NCBI GenBank assembly: GCA_050294405.1
Contig: JBNKOC010000026.1
Span: 1 to 64,000 of the forward strand
Source: Fibrobacteria bacterium
GTDB taxonomy: Bacteria; Fibrobacterota; Fibrobacteria; UBA11236; JADFYW01
Reading direction: 5' to 3'
DNA: 64,000 bases
Numbering within the stretch: position 1 is the first letter of the stretch; each line of letters starts with the position of its first letter. Position numbers and translations under genes: made by a program. The notes beneath the pieces are model-generated. The model had not been told where the DNA came from, made no database searches, and saw only the letters and a program-made list of their open reading frames with translations. Shown here piece after piece: positions 8,272 to 18,923 of the stretch.

Positions 8272-10167
8272 ATGGACAATTCCTACTCCCAATCCAAAAA
8301 AAAAGCCAAACTGGGCGAAATTTTAATTTCCCAGAAAATTATTAATGAAGACCAGCTTAACCGGGCTCTTTTAGAGCAAAAATCCACAGGCCTCAGTTTG
8401 GGCGCCCAACTTATCCGTATGGGCATAATTGACCAGGATACTTTAAGCGCCGTATTGGGAAAACAAATTGAAATTTCCCAGAAAAAGCGAATTGGTGAAA
8501 TGCTGGTGGATCAGGGTTACATCACCAAAGACCAATTGGAACTGGCCCTTCAGGAACAACAAAAAGTTGGAGTTAAACTGGGAAAAATTTTGGTGCATTT
8601 GGGTTATCTTGACGAGGGAAAACTTTTAGATGTATTGGCCGCTCAAATGGATTTCCAACATGTTATGCTGGACAATTTTAATTTTGATCCCAATGTTACC
8701 AAACTAATCCCCGAAGAAATGGCTCGAAGCTATAGGGCAATCCCGCTATACAAGAGCCAAAACGTGTTGACTATCGCAATCGCCGATCCTACTAACCTTC
8801 GTTCATTAGATCACATTAAGTTCAAAACAGGCCTTAGTGTGGAGCCGGTAATTGCCACCGAAGCTGAAATCACCAGCGCTGTGGACAGAATATACAGCGG
8901 CGGCAGGGAAGCACTGGCTGAGCTTTTAAACTCCGATAATATTAGCGGAGATATGGAGGTTGTGGAAGCCAAAGATGTGGAAGAGGATGTTTTAGCGGAT
9001 GAAGAAGGCCAGCAAGTTGTTAAGATTGTGAACCTTATTGTTATTGAAGCCATCCGGGAGGGGGCATCTGATATACATCTGGAGCCTCAGGAAAACAGGC
9101 TTCGGCTTCGCTACCGCGTAGATGGGGAACTAATAGAAAAAAACCCCATTCCCAAAAAATTAATGAACCAGGTCACTTCCCGCCTTAAAATTTTAAGCGG
9201 AATGGATATCGCCGAAAGGCGCAAACCGCTGGATGGACGCTTTACTATTAGGCACAAGGGCCAGGAAGTGGATCTACGTGTGTCCACTTTTCCCTCTACT
9301 ATAAGGGGAAGGGGCGTTCAGGAAAAAATGGTTATCCGTATTTTAAACTTTGATGTTAGCCAGGTAAATTTAAGTAAAATTGGCTTTTCCAATGAAGTCT
9401 TTTCCCAATTTGTAAATGTTATTAACCGTCCCAACGGGATTATGCTGGTTACAGGGCCCACAGGCAGTGGTAAATCCAGCACCCTCTACAGTTGCATAAA
9501 ACATGTTCTCACTCCAAAAATTAACATTGTCACTATGGAAGATCCGGTGGAAATGGAGCTTCCCGGAGTTACCCAGGGGCAAATAAATCCCAAGGCCGGA
9601 TTTACCTTTGCCAGCGGTATGCGTTCTATTTTGCGTCAGGACCCGGACATTATCATGCTGGGAGAAATGCGGGATGAGGAAACAGCCCGTATGGCTATTC
9701 AAGCCGCCCTCACAGGCCATATGGTTTACAGTACTTTGCACACTAACGATGCGTCCGAAGCGTTTACCCGGCTTTTAGATATGGGTATAGAACCTTTTCT
9801 GTTAACAGCATGTATACGGGGTGTCCTGGCTCAAAGGTTGGTCCGTAAAATTTGCGACAAATGTAAGGAAGAGATGGAACTTCCCGAAGAAACCTTGCGT
9901 ACTATCGGCATCCGCCCTGGAACCGTTTTTTATAAAGGAAAGGGCTGTAACGCCTGTAACAACACTGGCTATCGGGGCAGAATGGGGTTATTTGAATTTT
10001 TAGTTCCCGACGAACATATCAATTCCATGATTTTCAAAAGGGCCACCAGTGGAGAAATTAAGTCTTACGCTGTTAAAAATTTAGGCATGTCTACATTGAG
10101 AAGAGATGGGTTGCAAAAAGCTTTGGCGGGATTAACCACCGTGGAACAAGTTTTAGGCGCCTCCTAA
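8272..10167 (+). CDS. pilB: PilB/GspE-family secretion/pilus assembly ATPase with two N-terminal MshEN modules
   Basis: ASDIHLEP, Walker A GPTGSGKSST, TMEDPVE, LRQDPDIIMLGEMRD, TGHMVYSTLHTN, Zn site CDKC/CNAC; four xLGxxL motifs at the N-terminus. Confidence 0.88.
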   Translation: MDNSYSQSKKKAKLGEILISQKIINEDQLNRALLEQKSTGLSLGAQLIRMGIIDQDTLSAVLGKQIEISQKKRIGEMLVDQGYITKDQLELALQEQQKVGVKLGKILVHLGYLDEGKLLDVLAAQMDFQHVMLDNFNFDPNVTKLIPEEMARSYRAIPLYKSQNVLTIAIADPTNLRSLDHIKFKTGLSVEPVIATEAEITSAVDRIYSGGREALAELLNSDNISGDMEVVEAKDVEEDVLADEEGQQVVKIVNLIVIEAIREGASDIHLEPQENRLRLRYRVDGELIEKNPIPKKLMNQVTSRLKILSGMDIAERRKPLDGRFTIRHKGQEVDLRVSTFPSTIRGRGVQEKMVIRILNFDVSQVNLSKIGFSNEVFSQFVNVINRPNGIMLVTGPTGSGKSSTLYSCIKHVLTPKINIVTMEDPVEMELPGVTQGQINPKAGFTFASGMRSILRQDPDIIMLGEMRDEETARMAIQAALTGHMVYSTLHTNDASEAFTRLLDMGIEPFLLTACIRGVLAQRLVRKICDKCKEEMELPEETLRTIGIRPGTVFYKGKGCNACNNTGYRGRMGLFEFLVPDEHINSMIFKRATSGEIKSYAVKNLGMSTLRRDGLQKALAGLTTVEQVLGAS

Positions 10168-11447
10168 AAACTTAGCAACTGGCCCGCATTTAATTTAAGC
10201 TTTTCGGGAAGCACAGCCGCGGAACTCCAATTGTTGGAATTTAAGATGTAATTAAAACACTCATGTATATCTTCAAGAGTTGCATTCTGGAATTTTTCTA
10301 TATACAAATCCCTGTCCAAAGGTTCGTCCTGTAAGTACATTCTGGCTAAATAAGCCATTCTACTTTGGGTGCTCTCTTGTTCCAGGGCAAAATTTCCAAT
10401 AACATAAGCCTTGGCAAACTCTAACTGCTCTTTGGTAAAACCTTCTTTTTTTACCCGGCTCAAAATGTTGTTTATTTCTTCAAAAACAGGAGTTAAATAT
10501 TTGGGCTCTGTATTAAAATTTATTCCAAAAATTCCAGAATCCACCATAGACTCTGAAAAGGTGCTGATTTGATATACATAGCCAAATTTTTCTCTTAAAT
10601 CCTGAAACAATATGGAGCTCATTCCCTCGCCTAATACAGCATTGGCCAACGCCAATGGATAGGCCTGGGAGTGCAAAAATGTATAAGAGGGACCGCCTAA
10701 ACTTACAGTGGCCTGTTGCACATCCATATTTTCAATTAAATGTTGTCTTTGATATTGTATATCTTCTTCAGCCCTGGCCATCCTCACCAGCCCATTGCTG
10801 AAAGAAGATTTTCCCGTGGCATCTAATACATTTAAAATGGAATCGCAAACTTCGTCATGGTTTATATTTCCCACGGCGACAATAAACAAAGGAGCCGAAT
10901 CGTGAACCGCATCTAAATGTTCAAGAAGCTGTTTTCGGGTTAAGCCCTTTACACTTTCCACAGTTCCCGCAATGGGAAATCCCGAACTTTGATTTCCATA
11001 AATGGATTGATTGTACAAATCATAAACTCTTTCATCGGGATTGTCGTTGCTTCCCTTAATTTCCTCAACAACAACATCTCTTTCTTTTTCCAGTTCTTTG
11101 GCATCAAAGCTGGGGCATAGCACCATATCCAAAAGCACGTCTATGGCCAGTTTTACCTGAGTGTCTACAACCCGGGCGTAAAAACAAGTTTGCTCTTTAG
11201 AGGTAAAAGCATTAATTTGGCCTCCAATGGACTCTAAACTGTGCACAATCTCAAAGGCCGAGCGTTTTTGAGTGCCTTTAAAAACCATATGTTCAAAAAA
11301 GTGCGAGATGCCATTGTTTTCAGGAGTTTCATCCCGGGAGCCCCTGTCTACCCAAACACCAATACTCGCCGACTGCACGTAAGGCAATTCTTCAGTAATG
11401 GCAACAACCCCTCCGGGTAATGTGGTAACCTTTGGTTGTGGCATCAT
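10164..11447 (-). CDS. M16 family zinc peptidase
   Basis: GSRDE...GISHFFEHMVFKGT (HxxEH), NAFTSKE; common position after pnp. Confidence 0.92.
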   Translation of the reverse strand: MMPQPKVTTLPGGVVAITEELPYVQSASIGVWVDRGSRDETPENNGISHFFEHMVFKGTQKRSAFEIVHSLESIGGQINAFTSKEQTCFYARVVDTQVKLAIDVLLDMVLCPSFDAKELEKERDVVVEEIKGSNDNPDERVYDLYNQSIYGNQSSGFPIAGTVESVKGLTRKQLLEHLDAVHDSAPLFIVAVGNINHDEVCDSILNVLDATGKSSFSNGLVRMARAEEDIQYQRQHLIENMDVQQATVSLGGPSYTFLHSQAYPLALANAVLGEGMSSILFQDLREKFGYVYQISTFSESMVDSGIFGINFNTEPKYLTPVFEEINNILSRVKKEGFTKEQLEFAKAYVIGNFALEQESTQSRMAYLARMYLQDEPLDRDLYIEKFQNATLEDIHECFNYILNSNNWSSAAVLPEKLKLNAGQLLSF

Positions 11448-11473
11448 AAAAAAGGGGCTTATTTATAAGCCCC
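11448..11473 (-). terminator. Rho-independent terminator after pnp
   Basis: GGGGCTTA-TAAA-TAAGCCCC followed by T6 on the minus strand. Confidence 0.75.
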
Positions 11474-11482
11474 ATATGTATA

Positions 11483-13579
11483 TTAACTAACGGGTTCGGC
11501 TTCTTCGGGAACAGCTTGTTTTGCGCTTAAACGAATTCTGCCCTGGGCATCAATGTTAATGCATTTAACCAGTAGCTCATCGCCAGTTGAAAGAATGCTT
11601 TCCACCTTTTCGCCCCGTTCCATATCTAATTCAGAAACATGGACCAGGCCTTCTTTACCAGGAAGCACCTCGACAAAAGCTCCAAAAGTAGTGAGATTTT
11701 TCACCTTGCCTTTGTATTGTTTTCCAACTTCTACTTCTTCAAAAAGCTCATCTACTAATTTTACGGCCATGTTTGCATTGGCGCGCTTAGGCGCGGTAAT
11801 AGTAACTTCGCCGCTATCATTCACTTCCAGAACAACACCTGATTTTTCCTGAATGCCGCGAATCACTTTTCCGCCAGGCCCGATTAAATCTTTAATCTTA
11901 TCAACCTGAATTTGCTTTTTCAAAATACAAGGAGCTAATTTGGAAATTTCACGAGGTTCGGAAATAACTTCGTTCATTTTTCCGAGGATGTGCATACGTC
12001 CTTCTTTTGCCTGTTCCAATGCCTTTAACATTAGCTCAGGAGTGATTCCATTAATTTTAATATCCATTTGGAATCCGGTTACACCGTCTTTAGTTCCGCA
12101 TACTTTAAAATCCATATCGCCTAAGTGATCTTCTGTACCGGTAATGTCAGATAAAACTTCCTGGCGGCCTTCTTCGTAAATAAGGCCCATGGCAATGCCA
12201 GCCACAGGAGTTTTAATAGGAACGCCGCTATCCATCAAAGACAGGGAGCCGCCGCAAACAGAAGCCATAGAAGAAGATCCGTTGGATTCTAAAATTTCAG
12301 AGACAATGCGAATTGTGTAGGGGAAAGAATCTGCAGTGGGAAGCACTGGCTCTAAAGAGCGTTCTGCCAAATGGCCATGGCCAATTTCCCGGCGTCCGGG
12401 CCCGGATAAGCGACCTGTTTCTCCCACACTGTAAGGGGGAAAATTGTAATGGAGAAAATAATTTTTAAAATAATCGCCCTGGAGGGTATCCATGCGCTGT
12501 TCATCCATTTTTCCGCCTAAGGTGCTAACAACCAGAGCCTGGGTTTCACCCCGTTGGAACATGGCTGAACCATGGCAATTAGGAAGCAAGCCCGTTTCGA
12601 TAACAATATCACGAACATCGGTCATTCCCCGACCATCTATACGTTTTTGCTCGGATAGTATAACCTCGCGCATTTCTCTTTTTTCGGCTTCACCAAAAAA
12701 GGCGCTAATTTCGGCTTCTCTATCGGGGAATTCTTCTGCCAAGGCTTCCTTAACGGATTTTTTCAATTCAGCCATAGTGCCATAGTGTTCTTTTTTCTTC
12801 ATGGGAGTACGGAAATACTCTTTGAATTTATCTACACATAGGGCTTCCACTTTGGCCTTTAATTCTAAATCAGGAGCAGCAGGAACAAATTCAAATTTTT
12901 CAACTCCCACTTCAGAAATCAATTCATTTTGCGCCGCTACTAATTTTTTGATAACTTCATGGGCGGCCATGATGCCGTCTACCATTTCTTTTTCAGAAAT
13001 TTCGTATGCGCCGCCTTCAACCATAACAATGGATGTTGCTGAACCGGCAACAATCATTTCCAAATCGGAGTTTTCCAGCTCTTGAACTGTGGGGAAAACA
13101 ATAAATTCACCGTCTACCCGCGCTACGCGAACCGCAGCCACTTGTTCTTCAAAAGGAATATCAGATAAGCCAACAGCAAGGGATGCTCCTAAAATGGAAA
13201 TGGATTCAGAGTCGTTTATGCCATCGGAAGATAAAACCGTGGCTGCAATCTGCACTTCGTTTCTAAAACCGTTGGGAAACAAAGGACGCAATGGCCTGTC
13301 TATTAAACGACATACCAACACTTCTTTATCGGAAGGGCGGGATTCTCTTTTGAGGTAACCCCCAGGTATTTTGCCTGCGGCGTAGGTTTTTTCGCGGTAC
13401 TCAACTGTGAGAGGGAAAAAATCGCCGTCCAGCTCTTTCCCCATACATACTGTAAGGAGAACCATGGTATTTCCCATGGACACAACGGCGGAACCCGCTG
13501 CTTGTTTGGCGAGCTTTCCAGTTTCCAATGTAATGGATTTGTCGCCGCCTAAATCAATAACTTTTTTATGATATGCCAT
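11483..13579 (-). CDS. pnp: Polyribonucleotide nucleotidyltransferase
   Basis: ETGKLAKQA, FFPLTVEYRE, RREIGHG, ESNGSSSMASVC, EDHLGDMDFKV; KH and S1 domains. Confidence 0.98.
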   Translation of the reverse strand: MAYHKKVIDLGGDKSITLETGKLAKQAAGSAVVSMGNTMVLLTVCMGKELDGDFFPLTVEYREKTYAAGKIPGGYLKRESRPSDKEVLVCRLIDRPLRPLFPNGFRNEVQIAATVLSSDGINDSESISILGASLAVGLSDIPFEEQVAAVRVARVDGEFIVFPTVQELENSDLEMIVAGSATSIVMVEGGAYEISEKEMVDGIMAAHEVIKKLVAAQNELISEVGVEKFEFVPAAPDLELKAKVEALCVDKFKEYFRTPMKKKEHYGTMAELKKSVKEALAEEFPDREAEISAFFGEAEKREMREVILSEQKRIDGRGMTDVRDIVIETGLLPNCHGSAMFQRGETQALVVSTLGGKMDEQRMDTLQGDYFKNYFLHYNFPPYSVGETGRLSGPGRREIGHGHLAERSLEPVLPTADSFPYTIRIVSEILESNGSSSMASVCGGSLSLMDSGVPIKTPVAGIAMGLIYEEGRQEVLSDITGTEDHLGDMDFKVCGTKDGVTGFQMDIKINGITPELMLKALEQAKEGRMHILGKMNEVISEPREISKLAPCILKKQIQVDKIKDLIGPGGKVIRGIQEKSGVVLEVNDSGEVTITAPKRANANMAVKLVDELFEEVEVGKQYKGKVKNLTTFGAFVEVLPGKEGLVHVSELDMERGEKVESILSTGDELLVKCINIDAQGRIRLSAKQAVPEEAEPVS

Positions 13580-13636
13580 ATGTATATCTAACCTTAGGTT
13601 AAAACTAATGTTGCTAAAGAGCTGAGTGGATAGGAA

Positions 13637-13909
13637 TTAATGGCGTAAGCCCAATTCCTTGATCAGTTCACGATAAGTTTCCAAACTTGTTTTTTGGAGA
13701 TACTTTAACAACTTCCTACGCTTAGATACCATTTTTGTGAGGCCTAAACGACCGCTAAAATCTTTGCGATTTTGTTTGGTATGTTCGGTGAGTTCGCGAA
13801 TACGATGTGTTAGAAGGGCTACTTGAACTTTGGCATTGCCAGTATCTTTTTCGGTACTTCCGAATTTGCCTACCAGATCCTTTGTGATCTCTTTGGTGAT
13901 AGTCGCCAT
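13637..13909 (-). CDS. rpsO: 30S ribosomal protein S15
   Basis: DTG..VQVALLT.RI..LT.H, GL.KMVSKRRKLLKYL, ELGLR. Confidence 0.97.
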   Translation of the reverse strand: MATITKEITKDLVGKFGSTEKDTGNAKVQVALLTHRIRELTEHTKQNRKDFSGRLGLTKMVSKRRKLLKYLQKTSLETYRELIKELGLRH

Positions 13910-13918
13910 ATAAATTCC

Positions 13919-14857
13919 TTAAACTGTTGTTTTTTCTATTCTTTTTTGATTAAAAATTTCCAGATCCTGTTGAATCTGCCGTGAGAGTTCTTCTCCTGAA
14001 CTAAATGCTTTTTCTTTCCGGAGGAAGAAATTTAATTCCAAGTGTAAATTTTGGCCATAAATATCTTGCTTAAAATCCAAAATATGAGCCTCAATTTGAG
14101 TTTTTTGACCTGAAAAGGTGGGCTTTTTCCCAATATTGGCTACAGCGGGGTATTTTTGGTTATTTAAATGGACCCAACCCCCGTAAACACCAGGGCTTAA
14201 AAGAATTTTTTGGGGATCTTCCAACTCCAGATTGGCTGTGGGGAAACCAAGTTTTTTTCCCCGTCCATCTCCGTGAACCACTTTGCCATAATATGAAAAA
14301 GTGTAGCCTAAAAATTGATTTGCCTTCTCCAATTCTCCGGCCTGTAGCAAGGAGCGAATATAAGTAGAGCACACCACCTCGCCTTCTCTTATAATCGGCG
14401 CCACTGTGGTTAAGCTTTTCCCATGGGCAGATAAAAGCTGGGCCATGGTATTGCAATCTCCTTTAGCCCCCTTTCCAAAGCGATGGTTGTCGCCTATCAC
14501 AACAGCTTCCGCTCCCAATATTTCCAAAAGAAATTTTTCCACAAATTCTTTGGGACTTAATTGAGAGAAGGCTTCTGTAAAATCCACAAGGCGGATTTCT
14601 TTTAGGCCCATTTCGTAAAGCAGCCTAAACTTTTCGCGGTGGCTGGTAAGATTTGGAATTTTTTGTCCCGTAAAGAGTTCCCTCGGATGGGGATGAAAAC
14701 TAATAACAACGGGTTTTAATTTTTTGTCACCGGCTATTTGAATCAGTTTGCTAAAAATTTGTTTATGCCCTAAATGGATGCCGTCAAAATTTCCCAAGGT
14801 AACAATGGTTCCCCTTTCGGTTTTGACGCTGTTCCAGCTTACAGGAAGTATTTCCAT
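13919..14857 (-). CDS. ribF: Bifunctional riboflavin kinase/FAD synthetase
   Basis: GNFDGIHLGH, FHPHP, G.GRGKKLGFPTAN, IEAHILDF. Confidence 0.96.
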   Translation of the reverse strand: MEILPVSWNSVKTERGTIVTLGNFDGIHLGHKQIFSKLIQIAGDKKLKPVVISFHPHPRELFTGQKIPNLTSHREKFRLLYEMGLKEIRLVDFTEAFSQLSPKEFVEKFLLEILGAEAVVIGDNHRFGKGAKGDCNTMAQLLSAHGKSLTTVAPIIREGEVVCSTYIRSLLQAGELEKANQFLGYTFSYYGKVVHGDGRGKKLGFPTANLELEDPQKILLSPGVYGGWVHLNNQKYPAVANIGKKPTFSGQKTQIEAHILDFKQDIYGQNLHLELNFFLRKEKAFSSGEELSRQIQQDLEIFNQKRIEKTTV

Positions 14858-14860
14858 TTG

Positions 14861-15772
14861 CTATACCTTGGCCTGCCGGAGATATTCCTCTGGATCAATA
14901 CACAATCTGCTGGGGGCCAATTGGCGCTGTCCTTTTATCTGACCCATCCCCAAAAATTCATTGCGACTATCCCAAACCTGGCAAAATTGAATTTCGCTTT
15001 CAGACAAAATTGCTGTTTGAGAACATGTGTATCCCACGGGATTAATTTCCCGGCCCATAACAAAGAGAGTATCTGAAGAGTCTTTTAACTGCGCCCGGGG
15101 CAAATGGGATACCATTGCTGATATTTGTAACAGTTCAGACTCAGCCTCTGCAGGCGCTTCAAAGTTGCCAATTTTAGTACGCACAATTTTTTGAGCCAAG
15201 GCCCCACATTGAAAGTGCATGCCCAAATCAAAGGCAAGGGAACGAACATAAGTGCCTTTGGAACATTCCATTTCAAGGGTCCATTTTTCAGGAGAAAAAT
15301 CAATGAGCTTTAAACTGTAAATATGTATTTGTCTTGGCTTAAGAATCACCTTTTCTCCCGCCCGAACCCTGTCGCAGGCCCGTTTCCCATTAATTTTAAT
15401 GGCGGAATATCGGGGGGGCAACTGCTCCAGTGCTCCTACAAATTTTTTAAGAGCCATTTCCACTTCATGCTTAGAAGGAAGCTGCGCCCCCTCACATTTA
15501 ATAACATAGCCCGAAGAATCGTAGCTATCCGAGGAGCAGCCGGGGAGCACTTCAAAGCGATAGGTCTTGGGCAAATCTTCGGCAAACTGCAAAAGCTTAG
15601 TGCCCTGGCCTACTCCCACTACCAATAAGCCACTGGCATCTGGATCCAAAGTACCGGCAAAACCCACTTTGCGAGTTTGCCACTTTTTTTTAAGGGGGCC
15701 CAATGCCTTAAATGAACTAATTCCAGCGGCCTTGTTGACTAAACAAACTCCGCTTAATTCCCTATTGGTCAT
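14861..15772 (-). CDS. truB: tRNA pseudouridine(55) synthase
   Basis: KVGFAGTLDPDASGLL, QLPPRYSAIKINGKR, CSKGTYVRSL. Confidence 0.95.
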   Translation of the reverse strand: MTNRELSGVCLVNKAAGISSFKALGPLKKKWQTRKVGFAGTLDPDASGLLVVGVGQGTKLLQFAEDLPKTYRFEVLPGCSSDSYDSSGYVIKCEGAQLPSKHEVEMALKKFVGALEQLPPRYSAIKINGKRACDRVRAGEKVILKPRQIHIYSLKLIDFSPEKWTLEMECSKGTYVRSLAFDLGMHFQCGALAQKIVRTKIGNFEAPAEAESELLQISAMVSHLPRAQLKDSSDTLFVMGREINPVGYTCSQTAILSESEIQFCQVWDSRNEFLGMGQIKGQRQLAPSRLCIDPEEYLRQAKV

Positions 15773-16112
15773 CTGCTTCGTCTAAATCCGATAAAATGTT
15801 CTGGATGCGCTGGCTGTTTTCTAAGCCCTGATCCAAAATAAAATTAAGCTTGGGCACGGTGCGGGTGGAAAGAGATTTGGAAAGATGCCTTCTTAAATAA
15901 GCCGCAGAACTGGCAAGACCGATTATGGAATCTTTTTGCTGCTTATCGTCTCCCAAAACAGAAACATATACATTGGCCACGGACAAGTCGTGAGATACAT
16001 CTACCCGGCTTAAGGTTACAAAACCAATTCTAGGGTCTCGGATTTCAGTTTGGATAACCAAACCCAATTCTTTCATTATAAGGTCGCTGATTTTTTCAAT
16101 TCGGCGGGACAT
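15762..16112 (-). CDS. rbfA: Ribosome-binding factor A
   Basis: IRDPRIGFVT..VDVS.DL..A.VYVS, RTVPKL.F..D; lies between infB and truB. Confidence 0.96.
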   Translation of the reverse strand: MSRRIEKISDLIMKELGLVIQTEIRDPRIGFVTLSRVDVSHDLSVANVYVSVLGDDKQQKDSIIGLASSAAYLRRHLSKSLSTRTVPKLNFILDQGLENSQRIQNILSDLDEADDQ

Positions 16113-16135
16113 AAGTAACTCTCCGGAAGAGGTGT

Positions 16136-16175
16136 AAAAAAAGCCTGAACCCCTGCCTTATGCAGGAGTCTGGCT
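16136..16175 (-). terminator. Terminator/attenuator-like hairpin spanning the infB stop codon
   Basis: Minus strand AGCC..CTCCTGC-ATAAG-GCAGGGG..AGGCT followed by a T-tract. Confidence 0.5.
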
Positions 16176-18896
16176 GAGCTTCTTGGCAATCTTAATGGTT
16201 TTAAAGAAAGCCAGGATATCTTCTTCCTGAATATCCTTTAACCCTTCGATTCCAATACCGCATTCCATTCCGGCTTTTACACTCTTAACATCATCTTTAT
16301 GCCGTTTGAGGGAGGACACTTTGGCTTCGCCTATTTCCACGCCGTCACGGTAAAGGCGGACTTTGGATTCCCTGTCCACCATGCCGCTATTCACTTTACA
16401 TCCGGCAATCATGCCAATTTTAGGAATCTTGAACAGCTGAAGAATAACCGCTTCTCCCACGACTTCTTCTTTAAGTTCTGGATCGAGCATGCCTTCCATT
16501 CCGGCGATAACATCATCCACCACATTGTATATAACGCGATAGTAGTTGATGGAAACACCTTCTTCTTCGGCAAGGTTTCTGACCTTTTCCGAAGGCAACA
16601 GATGGAAAGCAATAATGAGTGCATTAGAAGCTGCAGCTAAATGCACATCGGCTTCTTTTACCGCTCCCACACCCTGAGATATGATGTTTATCTTCACTTC
16701 TGGAGTGCTCAAACGGTTCAAAGAGGTAGCAATAGCTTCCACGGAACCATCCGTGTCCCCTTTAATAATCACTTTGAACTCATGGAATTCGCCGGAGGCA
16801 ATTTTTTCATGTAGCTGATCCAGAGTAATGTGACGCTTCTGCCGCATTTCTCTGTCTTTGGCTGCCTGGCTTCTTCTGAGGGCAACTTCTCTGGCTTCTC
16901 TTTCGTTCATTACAACCAAAGTATCGCCGGCTTGAGGCATGCCTTCAAGACCCAACACCTGAACAGGTGTGGAAGGGCCGGCCAAATCCATTTTCTTGCC
17001 GTTGCCATCAAGCAGGGAACGAACTCTGCCTGCAAAGCTGCCGCAGATAAATCCATCTCCGGGACGCAAAGTGCCTTCTTGTACCACAACGGTGGCCACA
17101 GTGCCCTTACCTTTATCCAGCTTAGTTTCAATCACAGTGGCTTTAGCACGCTTATTAATTACAGCTTTAAGCTCCAATACTTCAGATTCAAGGGCCAATG
17201 TTTCCAACAGTTGATCGATGCCGTGGCCGGTTTTTGCGGACACTTCAACACAAGAAACTTTTCCGCCCCAACCATCTACCAAGACTCCTTCTTCAGCCAA
17301 TTGGGATTTGATTTTGTCGATGTTAGCCGTGGGCAAATCCACTTTGTTAATGGCCACAACAATTTCCACTTTTGCATTTTTAGCATGCTCAATGGCTTCT
17401 TTGGTTTGAGGCATTACCTGGCTGTCGGCGGCTATTACTAATACAATAACGTCGGTAACCTGGGCACCTCTGGAACGCATGGCGGCAAAAGCTTCGTGGC
17501 CAGGAGTATCTAAAAAGCACACAGGGCCAGATGGTGTTTCCACCTGATAAGCTCCGATATGCTGGGTGATACCTCCGCTTTCATGGGAAGCCACTGTAGC
17601 TTTTCTGATGTAATCGAGAATAGATGTTTTACCGTGATCTACATGGCCCATAATGGTAACAATAGGAGCTCTGGGTTCAAGAGCGCCTTCTTCATCCACT
17701 TCGTCTTCAGATTCAATAACATCTTCTTTATATTCGTCCATGAGCTTGGCTTCAAAACCAAATTCATCGGCGAGAATAGCAATAGTTTCGTGATCCAGGC
17801 GTTGGTTAATGGTAACCATAATTCCCATTTCCAAGCATTTGGCAATAACCTTATTAGGCAGTTCGTTCATAAGGCCAGCCAACTCGGAGATGCTTACAAA
17901 CTCAGGAACATTGAGGATTTTCTTTTCTTCTGATTCCTCAGTTTCTTCGGCTCTTTCCTTTTTATGGACGACCTTTTTGGAGCCACGGCCCACCTGAGCC
18001 ATAACTTTGTTAACATTAGACCTCATTTCAGATAGCTCTTGTTCTATCTGTTCTTTGGTCTTTTTCTTTTTGTTCTTGCCTTTTAATTTTTTCTTAGGCT
18101 GCTGCACATCGCGCCGTGTATCCGGTTTGCCCGGAGCTCCAACCACTACGCCCGCTTCCTGAGCACGCATGGCAAATACATCTCTAGGTCTGTCCCCAGG
18201 AGTCTTTTCTCGTTGCTTGGGACGGTTATCCTGATGGGGCACTTTCCCAAAACGACCGGAATATCCTTTTTCGGACTTAGGCGCTGCGCGTCTGGCCGCT
18301 CTTTCGTCCATGTATTTTTGAATTCGAGCCGCTAATTGTTCATCGGGCTTTTCCACAGTAACTTTTAACTGGGATTCAGCAGAAGCCTCTTCAGAGTTTT
18401 CTTCGGTTTTTTCCTCAGCCTTTGGAGCTGCTTCTTCTTTTATCTCTGCTTTAACTTCTTCGGGCTGTTTTTCTTCAACCTTTGGCTGCTCTTGTGTTTT
18501 AGCAACCGGCTCTTCCACTGGAGCAAGCTCGGGGGCCTTTACTTCGGGCGCAATTTCTTTGGGAGCTTCTTCAACAGGCTTTGGTTTTTCCGCCACAGGC
18601 TCCGCTTTTTTTACAGTGGGCTCAGCCTTTTTCAGCTTTTTGGCAACGGTTACTTTTTTCAGCACCGCTTTCATAGGAATTTTCATTCCCGCTTTAGCCA
18701 TTTCCTTGCGCTCCTGTTTTTCTTTTTCCTTAAGGAGAGCAGGCTTTACCAGTGTAAATGTTTCTGCATCTATCATACTGGCCGCCGATTTAACTTCGAC
18801 CCCAGCATCCTTTAACAATTTCAAAAGAACATCCCCGGAAACCTCGTAGGATTTAGCAAGGGTGGATATTCTTTTCTTTTTTATTTTTTCAACCAT
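16158..18896 (-). CDS. infB: Translation initiation factor IF-2
   Basis: [36 protein letters not shown]; long Glu/Lys/Pro-rich N-terminal linker. Confidence 0.98.
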   Translation of the reverse strand: MVEKIKKKRISTLAKSYEVSGDVLLKLLKDAGVEVKSAASMIDAETFTLVKPALLKEKEKQERKEMAKAGMKIPMKAVLKKVTVAKKLKKAEPTVKKAEPVAEKPKPVEEAPKEIAPEVKAPELAPVEEPVAKTQEQPKVEEKQPEEVKAEIKEEAAPKAEEKTEENSEEASAESQLKVTVEKPDEQLAARIQKYMDERAARRAAPKSEKGYSGRFGKVPHQDNRPKQREKTPGDRPRDVFAMRAQEAGVVVGAPGKPDTRRDVQQPKKKLKGKNKKKKTKEQIEQELSEMRSNVNKVMAQVGRGSKKVVHKKERAEETEESEEKKILNVPEFVSISELAGLMNELPNKVIAKCLEMGIMVTINQRLDHETIAILADEFGFEAKLMDEYKEDVIESEDEVDEEGALEPRAPIVTIMGHVDHGKTSILDYIRKATVASHESGGITQHIGAYQVETPSGPVCFLDTPGHEAFAAMRSRGAQVTDVIVLVIAADSQVMPQTKEAIEHAKNAKVEIVVAINKVDLPTANIDKIKSQLAEEGVLVDGWGGKVSCVEVSAKTGHGIDQLLETLALESEVLELKAVINKRAKATVIETKLDKGKGTVATVVVQEGTLRPGDGFICGSFAGRVRSLLDGNGKKMDLAGPSTPVQVLGLEGMPQAGDTLVVMNEREAREVALRRSQAAKDREMRQKRHITLDQLHEKIASGEFHEFKVIIKGDTDGSVEAIATSLNRLSTPEVKINIISQGVGAVKEADVHLAAASNALIIAFHLLPSEKVRNLAEEEGVSINYYRVIYNVVDDVIAGMEGMLDPELKEEVVGEAVILQLFKIPKIGMIAGCKVNSGMVDRESKVRLYRDGVEIGEAKVSSLKRHKDDVKSVKAGMECGIGIEGLKDIQEEDILAFFKTIKIAKKLSQTPA

Positions 18897-18923
18897 AATA
18901 GCTTGGGGGATATCAGCCGGATG

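Noticed and set aside
16830..17441. 203-aa plus-strand ORF, and other antisense ORFs over infB, pnp, rpoB and rpoC
   Set aside because: Shadow frames of highly conserved genes, with no recognisable motifs
18360..18640. Repetitive Glu/Lys/Pro/Ala-coding stretch
   Set aside because: Ordinary low-complexity IF-2 linker; not a true tandem DNA repeat or CRISPR array
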